Shown here: positions 36,889 through 45,504 of the stretch, piece by piece
How positions within the stretch are numbered: the stretch's first letter is position 1
Layout: each line of letters starts with the position of its first letter
From: an uncultured Dehalococcoidales bacterium
GTDB taxonomy: Bacteria; Chloroflexota; Dehalococcoidia; Dehalococcoidales; CAZFRL01
DNA length: 64,000 nucleotides
NCBI GenBank assembly: GCA_964521325.1
Contig: CAZFRL010000001.1
Location: 13,383-77,382, forward strand
Reading direction: 5' to 3'
Notes under the pieces: model-generated
The model's database searches: none
What the model was told of the DNA's origin: nothing
Seen by the model: only the letters and a program-made list of their open reading frames with translations
Position numbers and translations under genes: made by a program

Positions 36889-39635
36889 TGACTGAAGCTG
36901 CGAATAGCCCTGCCTTAGTAATCGGCGGCGGTATAGCTGGCATCCAAGCCTCTATTGACCTGGCTAATATGGGCTTTCCGGTTTATCTGGTGGAGAGATC
37001 ACCCAGTATCGGGGGCAGGATGGCTCAGCTAGACAAGACCTTCCCCACTAATGATTGTGCCATGTGCATCCTTGCCCCCAAGATGAATGAGTGTTATCGA
37101 CACCAAAATATCAGGGTATTAAGTTATTCAGAAGTCGCTGAGGTTGGGGGTGAACTGGGTAACTTTGAAGTCAAGATACTGAGGAAACCAAGGTATATCG
37201 ATGAGACCAAGTGTACTGGTTGCGGGGAATGCGCCCAGGTATGCCCGGTCGAAGTCAAAAGCGAATTCGACCAAGGGATGGGCAACAGAAAAGCAATATA
37301 CAAACCGTTTGCTCAAGCGATTCCCAACCTTTATGTCATTGATAAAAGGGGAACTCCTCCTTGCAGAGTAGCCTGTCCTGCCGGGGTGGATATCCAGGGC
37401 TATGTTGCCCTCATTTCTCAGGGCAAGTTTAAAGAAGCACTCAGTCTCATCAGACAGAAGATTACTCTACCCGCTACTGTCGGTAGGGTATGCACTCACC
37501 CATGTGAGACGGAGTGCAATCGGGGGGAAGTCGATGAACCAATTGCCATCGCCGCTCTTAAACGGTTCGTGGCTGACTATGAGCTGACTGTGGGGGTGGA
37601 GGAGGTGACACCTGCCCCCCGGACCAAAGACGAGAAAGTAGCTGTTATCGGTTCTGGGCCAGCTGGCTTAACTGCGGCTCATGATTTAGTGCTCATGGGC
37701 TACGAGGTAACCATTTTTGAGGCGCTGCCTGTCCCCGGTGGTATGTTGGCAGTAGGCATTCCTGAATACCGCTTACCCAAGAAGGTGCTTCAAACCGAGA
37801 TTGAGGCTATCCAGAAACTGGGGGTCGAGATAAAATTAAATAGCCCTGTAGGCAAAAACGGCTTGACTCTAGATGACCTCCGGCAACAGGATCACAAGGC
37901 GATTTTCATTGCCGTGGGTGCCCACCGGAGTATGAAGCTTGATATCCCCGGCGAGAACTTGAAAGGTGTCTATCACGGTGTCTCCTTCCTGAAGGATGTC
38001 AACCTTGGGAAGAAGGTTATGGTTGGGGAAAAGGTAGCAGTAGTTGGTGGTGGCAATGTAGCCATTGATGCTGCTCGAACCGCCCTCCGCCTCGGCTCCA
38101 GAGAAGTAACTATTCTATATCGTAGGTCGAGGCAGGAGATGCCAGCAAGTCAAGAGGAGATAGCGGAGGCTGAGCATGAGGGGGTTAAGATTCATTACCT
38201 AGCTACCCCAGTTACAATTCTGGGCAAGGATAGGAAAGTCGTGGGTATGAAGTGTATTCGGATGAAGCTGGGAGAGCCTGATGCCAGCGGTAGGAGACGA
38301 CCTATACCCATTAAGGACTCAGAGTTTACTATCGATGTGGACATGGTTATTCCAGCCATAGGTCAAGTGCCCGACCTCGCCTTCCTACCCGAAAATAGTA
38401 GCTTCCAAGTATCACCCAGAGGAACATTTGAGGTCGACAGCAAAAGCCTAGCTACCGCTATACCTGGGGTGTTTGCTGGCGGAGATGCTGTGCTTGGACC
38501 GGCCTCTGTGGTACAGGCTATAGCAACCGGACACAGAGCAGCCACTGCCATTGACAACTACCTGCAAGGGGAAACACTCTTGCCTGAAGAAGAGCCACTC
38601 CCGACTGTAACCATTGAGGATATAGACCTAACCGACGTAGAGAAGAGAAATCGGTTGGTAATGCCTACTATTCCCTCCAAAGAGAGGTTAGCCGGCTTTA
38701 CCGAGGTAAACCTTGGCCTCAACCAGGAGATGGCTATAGAGGAAGCAAAGAGATGCCTAAACTGTGGTGTTTGCTCTGGATGCCGGGAGTGTGAAAAGGT
38801 TTGCCAGGCTAAGGCTATAAACCACGAAATGAAGGAGGAATACCTGAACCTGAATGTTGGTAGCATTATCCTGGCTACCGGACTGGACTTTTATGATATT
38901 TCAAAGCTTGGAGAATATGGCTACGGAAGGATAGCCAATGTAATCACTGCCATTGAGTACGAGAGGCTGACCTCAGCCTCCGGTCCTACCGAGGGTGAAC
39001 TCAAGCGCCCTTCAGATGGGAAGATTCCATCCAATACAGCTTTCATTCAGTGTGTTGGCTGCCGTGATTTCAAAAACAAGCCATACTGCTCAAGCGTATG
39101 CTGTATGTGTGCTACCAAAGAGGCAATACTAGCCTATGAGCACCAGCCGGGAACAAAGTCAACCATCTTCTATATGGACCTGAGAGCGGTGGGCAAACGC
39201 TTCCAAGAGTATGTCACCCGAGCCAAAGAAGAATACAATGTAACGTATGTCAGAGGCCGTCCTGGGAGAATCGAAGTAAACCCTGAAAATGGTAATCCGA
39301 TTATCTGGCATGAGGATACTACTACCGGAGAAACGAAACCGTTTGAGACCGAGCTAGTGATTCTCTCCCAGGCTATGACTCCCTCCGGTGGCATTGAAAG
39401 GCTAGCCAGCATATTGGGCATAAGTCTAGACCAACATGGGTTTGCCGAAGTCCCAGATAAGTTATTCTACCCTCTGGACACCACGAGACCTGGTATCTTT
39501 GCCTGTGGCTATGCTCATAGTCCACGGGATATCCCTGACTCCGTGGTTCAAGGCTCAGCGGCGGCGGCTAGAGTGGCTGAAGCGGTGGCATTTAGAGTGC
39601 CTAGTCTGGCAACGGGAGGTGTTTACCGTGACTGA
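36888..39635 (+). CDS. HdrA-like flavoprotein 2 with inserted GltD/NfnB-like NAD(P)H oxidoreductase module
   Basis: Starts directly at the FAD fold (VIGGGIAGIQASID, no CHCG domain). The insert has PPCRVACPAGVDIQGY...CTHPCETECNRG, VAVIGSGPAGLTAAHDL and VAVVGGGNVAIDAART. It then returns to an HdrA-type C-half (CVGCRD...CSSVCCMCATKEA). Confidence 0.8.
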   Translation: MTEAANSPALVIGGGIAGIQASIDLANMGFPVYLVERSPSIGGRMAQLDKTFPTNDCAMCILAPKMNECYRHQNIRVLSYSEVAEVGGELGNFEVKILRKPRYIDETKCTGCGECAQVCPVEVKSEFDQGMGNRKAIYKPFAQAIPNLYVIDKRGTPPCRVACPAGVDIQGYVALISQGKFKEALSLIRQKITLPATVGRVCTHPCETECNRGEVDEPIAIAALKRFVADYELTVGVEEVTPAPRTKDEKVAVIGSGPAGLTAAHDLVLMGYEVTIFEALPVPGGMLAVGIPEYRLPKKVLQTEIEAIQKLGVEIKLNSPVGKNGLTLDDLRQQDHKAIFIAVGAHRSMKLDIPGENLKGVYHGVSFLKDVNLGKKVMVGEKVAVVGGGNVAIDAARTALRLGSREVTILYRRSRQEMPASQEEIAEAEHEGVKIHYLATPVTILGKDRKVVGMKCIRMKLGEPDASGRRRPIPIKDSEFTIDVDMVIPAIGQVPDLAFLPENSSFQVSPRGTFEVDSKSLATAIPGVFAGGDAVLGPASVVQAIATGHRAATAIDNYLQGETLLPEEEPLPTVTIEDIDLTDVEKRNRLVMPTIPSKERLAGFTEVNLGLNQEMAIEEAKRCLNCGVCSGCRECEKVCQAKAINHEMKEEYLNLNVGSIILATGLDFYDISKLGEYGYGRIANVITAIEYERLTSASGPTEGELKRPSDGKIPSNTAFIQCVGCRDFKNKPYCSSVCCMCATKEAILAYEHQPGTKSTIFYMDLRAVGKRFQEYVTRAKEEYNVTYVRGRPGRIEVNPENGNPIIWHEDTTTGETKPFETELVILSQAMTPSGGIERLASILGISLDQHGFAEVPDKLFYPLDTTRPGIFACGYAHSPRDIPDSVVQGSAAAARVAEAVAFRVPSLATGGVYRD

Positions 39636-41307
39636 GGTTCGCATTGGTGTCTTCATATGTCACTGTGGCAAGAATATCGGAGGCTACGTGGACGTCCCCC
39701 AGGTGGTGGAGTACGCCAGACAACTGCCGAACGTTGCCTATGCTGAGCATAACCTATACACGTGCTCCGAAGAGGGAACCTCCTCAATAAAGAAGAGTAT
39801 CCTAGAATATACCTTAAACCGGGTTGTAGTAGCCTCCTGCACTCCGAGAACCCATGAGCCATTATTTAGGACTGCCTGTGAGGAAGCCGGCCTCAACAAG
39901 TATCTATTTGAATTTGCTAACATCAGGGAGCAAGTCTCCTGGGTTCATATGAACCTGCCACAGGAGGCCACTGAAAAAGCTAAGAGCCTGGTTAGAGCAG
40001 CGGTAGCTAAAGCCCGATTACTTGAGCCATTAGAAGAAGTTGAGGTGGAAGTGCTTCCATCCTGTATGGTAATCGGTGGCGGTATAGCCGGAATGAGCGC
40101 AACTTTAAATCTAGCGAAACAAGGTTTCGATGTTCATCTTGTAGAAAAAGGGGCAGAGCTTGGTGGTACTCTGTTGGATCTCCATAAGCTCTTCCCCACT
40201 AACAAGGAAGCAAGAGACTTAATTAATCCGCTAATACACGAGTTGAAGGAACACGATAGGATAAAAACCTATCTTGGGACGAAAGTTAAAGAAGTAGCCG
40301 GGTTTATCGGCAATTTCGATGTTACTTTAGACCACGGAGATAGGGAGAGCAAGCTTAATGTAGGCACGATTATAGTTGCCATTGGAGCTACGGAATTCAA
40401 ACCAATAGGCCAATATAGTTATGGAGAAATGACAGGGGTCCTTACTCAACTGGAGCTGGAAAAGCAAATGAAAGAGGGTACGGTCGATGGCCAGAATATT
40501 GTGATGATCAACTGTGTTGGCGCTCGGGTTGCTGAGAGAGCATATTGTGGCCGCTTCTGCTGCCTAACTGCAATAAAGAATGCTGCGCTCATTAAGGAAA
40601 ATAACCCAGCGGCAAAGGTATGGATTCTTCATCGTGATTTGATGGCTTACGGAGTGGATTTCGAGGATTACTACCGGAAGGCTATGGAAGCGGGTGTCAG
40701 ATTCATCCGTTACAGCCTGACAAGCCCGCTCAAGGTTATCGGGAATGGGAGGGTTGAACGGGTGAAGGTATACCACCAATTAATACAGAAGGAAATTGAG
40801 CTCCCCTGCGATACAGTGGTACTCACCACTCCCCTTATTCCCCACGTTGATAATGAGGAGCTCTCCAAGATGCTCAAGGTTCCCTTGGGCCAGGAGGGTT
40901 TTTTCCTAGAAGCACACCTCAAACTACAGCCGGTAGAATTTGCTACAGATGGCATCTATATCTGTGGCTCGGCCCGCTGGCCTGTAGAGGTGACTGAGGC
41001 TATCTTCCAGGGTTATGCCAGTGCCTCAAAGGCAGCAATACCCATGAGCAGGGGCTATGTGAGACCTGAGGCCATAACCGCCTCTGTAAATAAAGATGCC
41101 TGTGCCGGCTGTGGTATCTGTGTTACTCTGTGCCCATATAGCGCCATAACGATAAACACTGAGAATGGCAGAAGGGTTTCCAATGTTATTTCTGCGCTGT
41201 GTAAAGGTTGCGGAACCTGTGGAGCTGCCTGTCCCTCCGGGGCAATCTCAATGAACCACTTCACCGATGAGCAGCTCTTCGCCCAAATAGAGGCTTTGGT
41301 GGCGTGA
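39628..41307 (+). CDS. HdrA-like flavoprotein 3 (lacks the inserted ferredoxin domain)
   Basis: Start reassigned to the GTG at 39628 (GGGAGG 8 nt upstream, GTGACTGA overlap with the previous stop). Begins VTEVRIGVFICHCGKNIGGYVD, parallel to HdrA-1. Also MVIGGGIAGMSATL, CGRFCCLTAIK, and C-terminal CAGCGICVTLCP/CKGCGTCGAACP. Confidence 0.8.
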   Translation: MTEVRIGVFICHCGKNIGGYVDVPQVVEYARQLPNVAYAEHNLYTCSEEGTSSIKKSILEYTLNRVVVASCTPRTHEPLFRTACEEAGLNKYLFEFANIREQVSWVHMNLPQEATEKAKSLVRAAVAKARLLEPLEEVEVEVLPSCMVIGGGIAGMSATLNLAKQGFDVHLVEKGAELGGTLLDLHKLFPTNKEARDLINPLIHELKEHDRIKTYLGTKVKEVAGFIGNFDVTLDHGDRESKLNVGTIIVAIGATEFKPIGQYSYGEMTGVLTQLELEKQMKEGTVDGQNIVMINCVGARVAERAYCGRFCCLTAIKNAALIKENNPAAKVWILHRDLMAYGVDFEDYYRKAMEAGVRFIRYSLTSPLKVIGNGRVERVKVYHQLIQKEIELPCDTVVLTTPLIPHVDNEELSKMLKVPLGQEGFFLEAHLKLQPVEFATDGIYICGSARWPVEVTEAIFQGYASASKAAIPMSRGYVRPEAITASVNKDACAGCGICVTLCPYSAITINTENGRRVSNVISALCKGCGTCGAACPSGAISMNHFTDEQLFAQIEALVA

Positions 41308-41335
41308 TAAGGCAAGGGGTATAAATAGTGTGATA

Positions 41336-41475
41336 AGTAAAATTGCCTAGTTTCAACATATTGGTAGTAGAAAATAACTAGTAAAACGAGCTTCTAATTA
41401 GGTCTTTCCAGTAGTCAAAGATTAGCGTTATAGCAGATGGTGCTTGGCAAGCAATATAGTAAGCTAAGAGTGGGT
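41336..41475 (+). repeat. ~140-bp intergenic element, copy C (downstream of the Hdr-like operon)
   Basis: Same orientation as copy B. Core GATGGTGCTTGGCAAGCAATATAGTAAGCTAAGAGTGGGT. No plus-strand gene follows until 41844, and two minus-strand tRNAs intervene. Confidence 0.8.
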
Positions 41476-41529
41476 ACGGAGCCAGACGAGATTAGCTGTT
41501 GCGAAATGAGGAACTAATGGTGGGAATAG

Positions 41530-41618
<89 letters not shown>

Positions 41619-41666
41619 ATAAATAATACCTGGGCGAGAAGTCGGATTATATTCTATGTAAATGGG

Positions 41667-41757
41667 TGGCGGAGAGGGTGGGATTCGAACCCACGCTCCA
41701 CTAAATGCGGAGACCGCTTTTCGAGAGCGGCACCATGAACCACTCGGACACCTCTCC
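41667..41757 (-). tRNA. tRNA-Ser (anticodon CGA)
   Basis: Reverse complement GGAGAGGTGTCCGAGTGGTTCATGGTGCCGCTCTCGAAAAGCGGTCTCCGCATTTAGTGGAGCGTGGGTTCGAATCCCACCCTCTCCGCCA. Anticodon loop CTCGAAA, long variable arm, encoded CCA. Confidence 0.9.
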
Positions 41758-41843
41758 TCAATTATAGCAATTATAACACATCACCCCACTATGTCAGCTA
41801 TATGCTTTACGAGCTTGCCCCGATATAGTATGCTGTCAGCAGG

Positions 41844-42869
41844 TTGTTAGTTGAAGCTTTGATTTGGTTGAAGTTCCTGTTTTGTCTTGGCGTTATCCTG
41901 TTCGCCGGGACAAGGCTAGCCCGCTATGGGGATGCTATTGCCAAGAAAACGGGGCTGGGGGGGATATGGGTAGGTCTGGTGCTTCTGGCTGCCATTACCT
42001 CTATACCGGAGCTGGTTACCGGCGTAAGCTCAGCTGCCCTGGTTAAACTCCCCGATTTAGCCGTGGGTACTCTCTTCGGCAGTTGCATGTTCAATCTGGC
42101 TATTCTGGCTTTACTCGATATCCTGCATCGCCGCACCCCTGTTTTAAGTGAGGTAAGGCGATGGCATATAGCATTGGCCGGTGTTGGGATATTGCTTATC
42201 GCTGTCGCTGCCGTTAGCATCTTTGCCGGGGAAAGGCTTTCCGGGTTAGTTCTGGGGTGGGTGGGCGTCCCCAGCATTATCATCCTCGTCCTGTATTTAG
42301 TATCAGTATGGGGGATGTTCCGCTTTGAGCGCAGCCAGCCTGTACAGCGGGTAGAGGCTGCCTCACCACAATATGCGGAGATTCCAATAAGGTCGGTGTA
42401 CTTCAGATTTACACTGGCGGCTATAGCGGTTATTGGTGCTGGAATATGGTTGTCATTTATTGGTGATGAGATTGGTCAGACTTATGCTTGGGATGCCAGC
42501 TTTGTCGGGAGTCTATTTCTAGCGATCAGTTCCTCGATGCCGGAGTTAGTGGTTACTATTGCTGCCCTCCGTCTGGGCGCCATAGATATGGCAGTCGCTG
42601 ACATACTAGGCAGCAATATGTTTAACATCGCCATTATTTTCCTGGTTGATCTTTCCTTTAGGCGAGGGGCTATTCTGTCTTCGGTGTCAGGTGCTCATCT
42701 CACCACAGCTATAGTAGCCGTGGTGATGACTCTGCTGGTTATTATTGGGCTCCGATTTCGACAGAAGAGTAAGACCTTTATTGTCATCAGTTGGTATGCT
42801 CTCGCCTTAATCGGGCTCTATATTTTTGGCGCTTATGCTTTGTTTGTTTCGGGCGTAGGTTTGGGGTGA
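41844..42869 (+). CDS. CaCA-family cation/Ca2+ antiporter (YrbG-like)
   Basis: Two alpha-repeat regions (SIPELVTG...GSCMFNLAIL and SMPELVVT...GSNMFNIAII) in about 10 TM helices. Confidence 0.75.
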   Translation: MLVEALIWLKFLFCLGVILFAGTRLARYGDAIAKKTGLGGIWVGLVLLAAITSIPELVTGVSSAALVKLPDLAVGTLFGSCMFNLAILALLDILHRRTPVLSEVRRWHIALAGVGILLIAVAAVSIFAGERLSGLVLGWVGVPSIIILVLYLVSVWGMFRFERSQPVQRVEAASPQYAEIPIRSVYFRFTLAAIAVIGAGIWLSFIGDEIGQTYAWDASFVGSLFLAISSSMPELVVTIAALRLGAIDMAVADILGSNMFNIAIIFLVDLSFRRGAILSSVSGAHLTTAIVAVVMTLLVIIGLRFRQKSKTFIVISWYALALIGLYIFGAYALFVSGVGLG

Positions 42870-42914
42870 GCCGTTGTTTAGATGAGGCAGCCTCTTTGGA
42901 GTTAATATGCTTTC

Positions 42915-42943
42915 TTGACTTTACGGAGGTTTTTTGCTAAAAT
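42915..42943 (+). promoter_or_regulatory. sigma70-type promoter for the A/V-ATPase operon
   Basis: TTGACT (42915-42920), 17 nt, TAAAAT (42938-42943). Implies a ~200-nt leader before the GTG at 43153. Confidence 0.5.
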
Positions 42944-43152
42944 CCAACGCTTGAGACTACTTTTCTTACATTATCAAACCCAGAGGGCGATATTGCCTTC
43001 GGCTAATGGTTTGCACCGTAGTTAGTGGCGTAAGGTTGAGTTATGGAGCCTGATGAGTATGAGGTTAACTACAATGGAGTTCAGTTTACTCAAAGGGCTA
43101 ATCTTCAGATACTACCTCATGTTAGCTTGAAAATCCTTAAAGGAGGCATGTT

Positions 43153-43473
43153 GTGGCTAGGGAAGAAGTGATTAGTAGTGTAGAAACTATCGAGGGTGAA
43201 GCGGAAAAGATACTTGAAGAGGCTCGAAGCAGAGCTAACGAAATTCTCCGTAAGGCCAATGAAGAAGCCAGCAAAATTCTCTCGTCCAAGGTGACCCTGG
43301 ATGAAGTCAAAAAGGAGCGTGAGCAGATTATACATAAGGCTGAAAAGGAAGCTAACAAAGAGGTCGAAGAGTCGAAGAAGAAAGCAGCTGAGGTTAGAAC
43401 TGCTACTGATAAGGAAGTGGAGAAAATTGCCAAGCGCATAGTAAACCTCATCACTGGGGTAGAGTCGGAATGA
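43153..43473 (+). CDS. atpH: A/V-type ATPase subunit H (peripheral-stalk coiled coil)
   Basis: 106-aa Glu/Lys-rich coiled coil. AGGAGG 6 nt before the GTG; first gene of the operon, overlapping the next by 4 nt. Confidence 0.7.
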   Translation: MAREEVISSVETIEGEAEKILEEARSRANEILRKANEEASKILSSKVTLDEVKKEREQIIHKAEKEANKEVEESKKKAAEVRTATDKEVEKIAKRIVNLITGVESE

Positions 43474-45479
43474 TACCTCTCATTGTCAACAGCCCTGAGT
43501 CTATGGTCAAAGTTAGAGTAATGACGATGAAGGATTACTCAGAGCCGGCGCTTAAAACTTTGCATAGAATCGGGGTGCTCCATGTTGAGGAAGGTAAAGA
43601 GTTAAAGCCTGTAGATAAAGCCGCTCTTGAATCTGAACGAAAAGAGGTCAGCGAGCTATTAACCTTCGTTGACAGTGTGCTAAGTTACATACCAAAGAAA
43701 GAGCGAGTGCCTTTAGGCGAGGATGTTGAGGTAATATACACCAGACCCTTTAGCGAGATTAGCGGCGAAGTAAGATTACTATACAACAAGATTAATAAGC
43801 TGAACGAGAGAGCTGTTAAACTTAATGACGAGGCTCAGCAGTTAACCGAACTGAAGAAGTATATTGAAGCTCTGGCTGGACAAATTGACCTTAGACTGAG
43901 AGACCTGAATTTTTCTGGAGACTACCTTTTTTCTAGACTTTTTGTCCTGCCTGGTGAGGCATACGAAGCTTTATCTACCCGCCTGAAAAACTACCTGTTT
44001 GAGGATGTTGTTGCCAGCGTAGAAAACGAGACTATATTTTATGTGGTGGCTAGGGTCAGGGACCAGAAAATCATAGAGTCTATAGTTAGTGATGCCGGGG
44101 GCAAAATTTTACCAATACCTGACGAAGATTTAACCTTGAGGGACTTTCTGGAAATAGCCAGCGGTAAAATTCGCAGTCTTGAAGAGGAATTAACAAAACT
44201 TCGTGAAGAACTTCAGAGTAAGGCTAGAGAGGATTTAAATAGGATTGCCCTTTTGAGGGAAGCGTTAGCAGCCGAAAATGAAAGGTTATCAGTTTTAGAA
44301 AAAGCCTGTGAAGCCAAATATGTAACCTTAATTGAGGGATGGATTCCAGAGAACAATATTGAGTCTGCAATCTCTGAGGTTAAACAGAGTATAGACTATG
44401 TATTTATTGACACCAGAAAACCGGAAGAGGAAGAAGAACCGCCTACCAAACTAAAGAATCCGAAGGGATTCAAGCCATTTCAGGTTGTTGTAAACTTATT
44501 TGCTATCCCGAAGTACAGGGAATGGGACCCCACACCGATAATAGCTTATTCTTTTGCTATTTTCTTCGGACTTATGATGGCCGATGTGGTTTATGCTATC
44601 GGCGTTATCCTGTTGGCGAGATTTCTTGTATCTAGATTTCTTGGTGACCCAGGATCCGAAGGCATTAAACTATTTAAAAATCTGCTCTATATCAGTGGCG
44701 GTGTGGCTCTTGTTTTGGGTTTGCTTAGCGGAAGCTACTTAGGCAATATCTATGAACTCTTCGGATTTGGGTCTGTAGCCCTTGTTAAGGGAATTGAACA
44801 ATTATTTCAAGACCCCCTACAGTTCATAATAATAGCCCTGATAATAGGTCTTATCCATGTGAATATAGGCCATCTGCTGGCACTAATTAAAGGGGTGAAG
44901 GAAAGAGACAGGGGGATAATAGTAAATAAAATTGGTTTATTTCTAGTCCAACTTGGAATACCTTTCCTGCTTAACTTCCTTAAATTAGAATACCTTCTCT
45001 ACACTACATTGCCTGTGGATTTACCAACGTTTACTGAACAGATATATACAATCTCTTTGTATGGTATGTTGGTAGGTGTGATATTAGTCATTGCTGGCTC
45101 CATCATACAGAGTGGTGGTTTGGGATTTATTCTCTGGATTTTCGACTTAACTGGCATCTTGGGTGATGTCATGTCGTATTGCCGATTAGCCGGAGTGGGA
45201 TTAGCTACATTCTACCTTGGCGCAAGCTTTAATATGCTGGCAGAGGTATTCAGTGGGATATTCCCTGGTGGATTTGGGCTTATATTGGGGAGTATTGTCG
45301 CCATTTTGATTCTCATCGCGGGGCATATGATTAATCTGTCTCTTGGCATGATCACCGGTGTTATACATTCTCTTAGACTGTGCTTTGTTGAATTCCTGTT
45401 TAAATTCTATGAGGGAGGAGGTAGGCAATATAGCCCATTCAAGTTGAAGAAGCGTATATCGGCGCCGGTCACAACATAA
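43470..45479 (+). CDS. atpI: A/V-type ATPase subunit I (a-subunit, membrane stator)
   Basis: 669 aa; soluble N-terminal half plus C-terminal multi-TM half containing the conserved Arg region (MSYCRLAGVGLA). Confidence 0.85.
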   Translation: MIPLIVNSPESMVKVRVMTMKDYSEPALKTLHRIGVLHVEEGKELKPVDKAALESERKEVSELLTFVDSVLSYIPKKERVPLGEDVEVIYTRPFSEISGEVRLLYNKINKLNERAVKLNDEAQQLTELKKYIEALAGQIDLRLRDLNFSGDYLFSRLFVLPGEAYEALSTRLKNYLFEDVVASVENETIFYVVARVRDQKIIESIVSDAGGKILPIPDEDLTLRDFLEIASGKIRSLEEELTKLREELQSKAREDLNRIALLREALAAENERLSVLEKACEAKYVTLIEGWIPENNIESAISEVKQSIDYVFIDTRKPEEEEEPPTKLKNPKGFKPFQVVVNLFAIPKYREWDPTPIIAYSFAIFFGLMMADVVYAIGVILLARFLVSRFLGDPGSEGIKLFKNLLYISGGVALVLGLLSGSYLGNIYELFGFGSVALVKGIEQLFQDPLQFIIIALIIGLIHVNIGHLLALIKGVKERDRGIIVNKIGLFLVQLGIPFLLNFLKLEYLLYTTLPVDLPTFTEQIYTISLYGMLVGVILVIAGSIIQSGGLGFILWIFDLTGILGDVMSYCRLAGVGLATFYLGASFNMLAEVFSGIFPGGFGLILGSIVAILILIAGHMINLSLGMITGVIHSLRLCFVEFLFKFYEGGGRQYSPFKLKKRISAPVTT

Positions 45480-45504
45480 TCCAAGAAAAGGAGGGTTAAA
45501 AAAA

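Noticed and set aside
39436-39627. 64-codon N-terminal extension of the third HdrA-like ORF as given in the track (start 39436)
   Set aside because: The extension lies wholly inside the previous gene in another frame and encodes low-complexity, non-HdrA sequence. A GTG at 39628 with a GGGAGG SD gives an N-terminus (VTEVRIGVFICHCGKNIGG) parallel to HdrA-1.
33330-41307. Selenocysteine (in-frame TGA) recoding in the HdrA paralogues
   Set aside because: All three reading frames are continuous with Cys at the expected cluster positions, so no in-frame TGA needs to be invoked.
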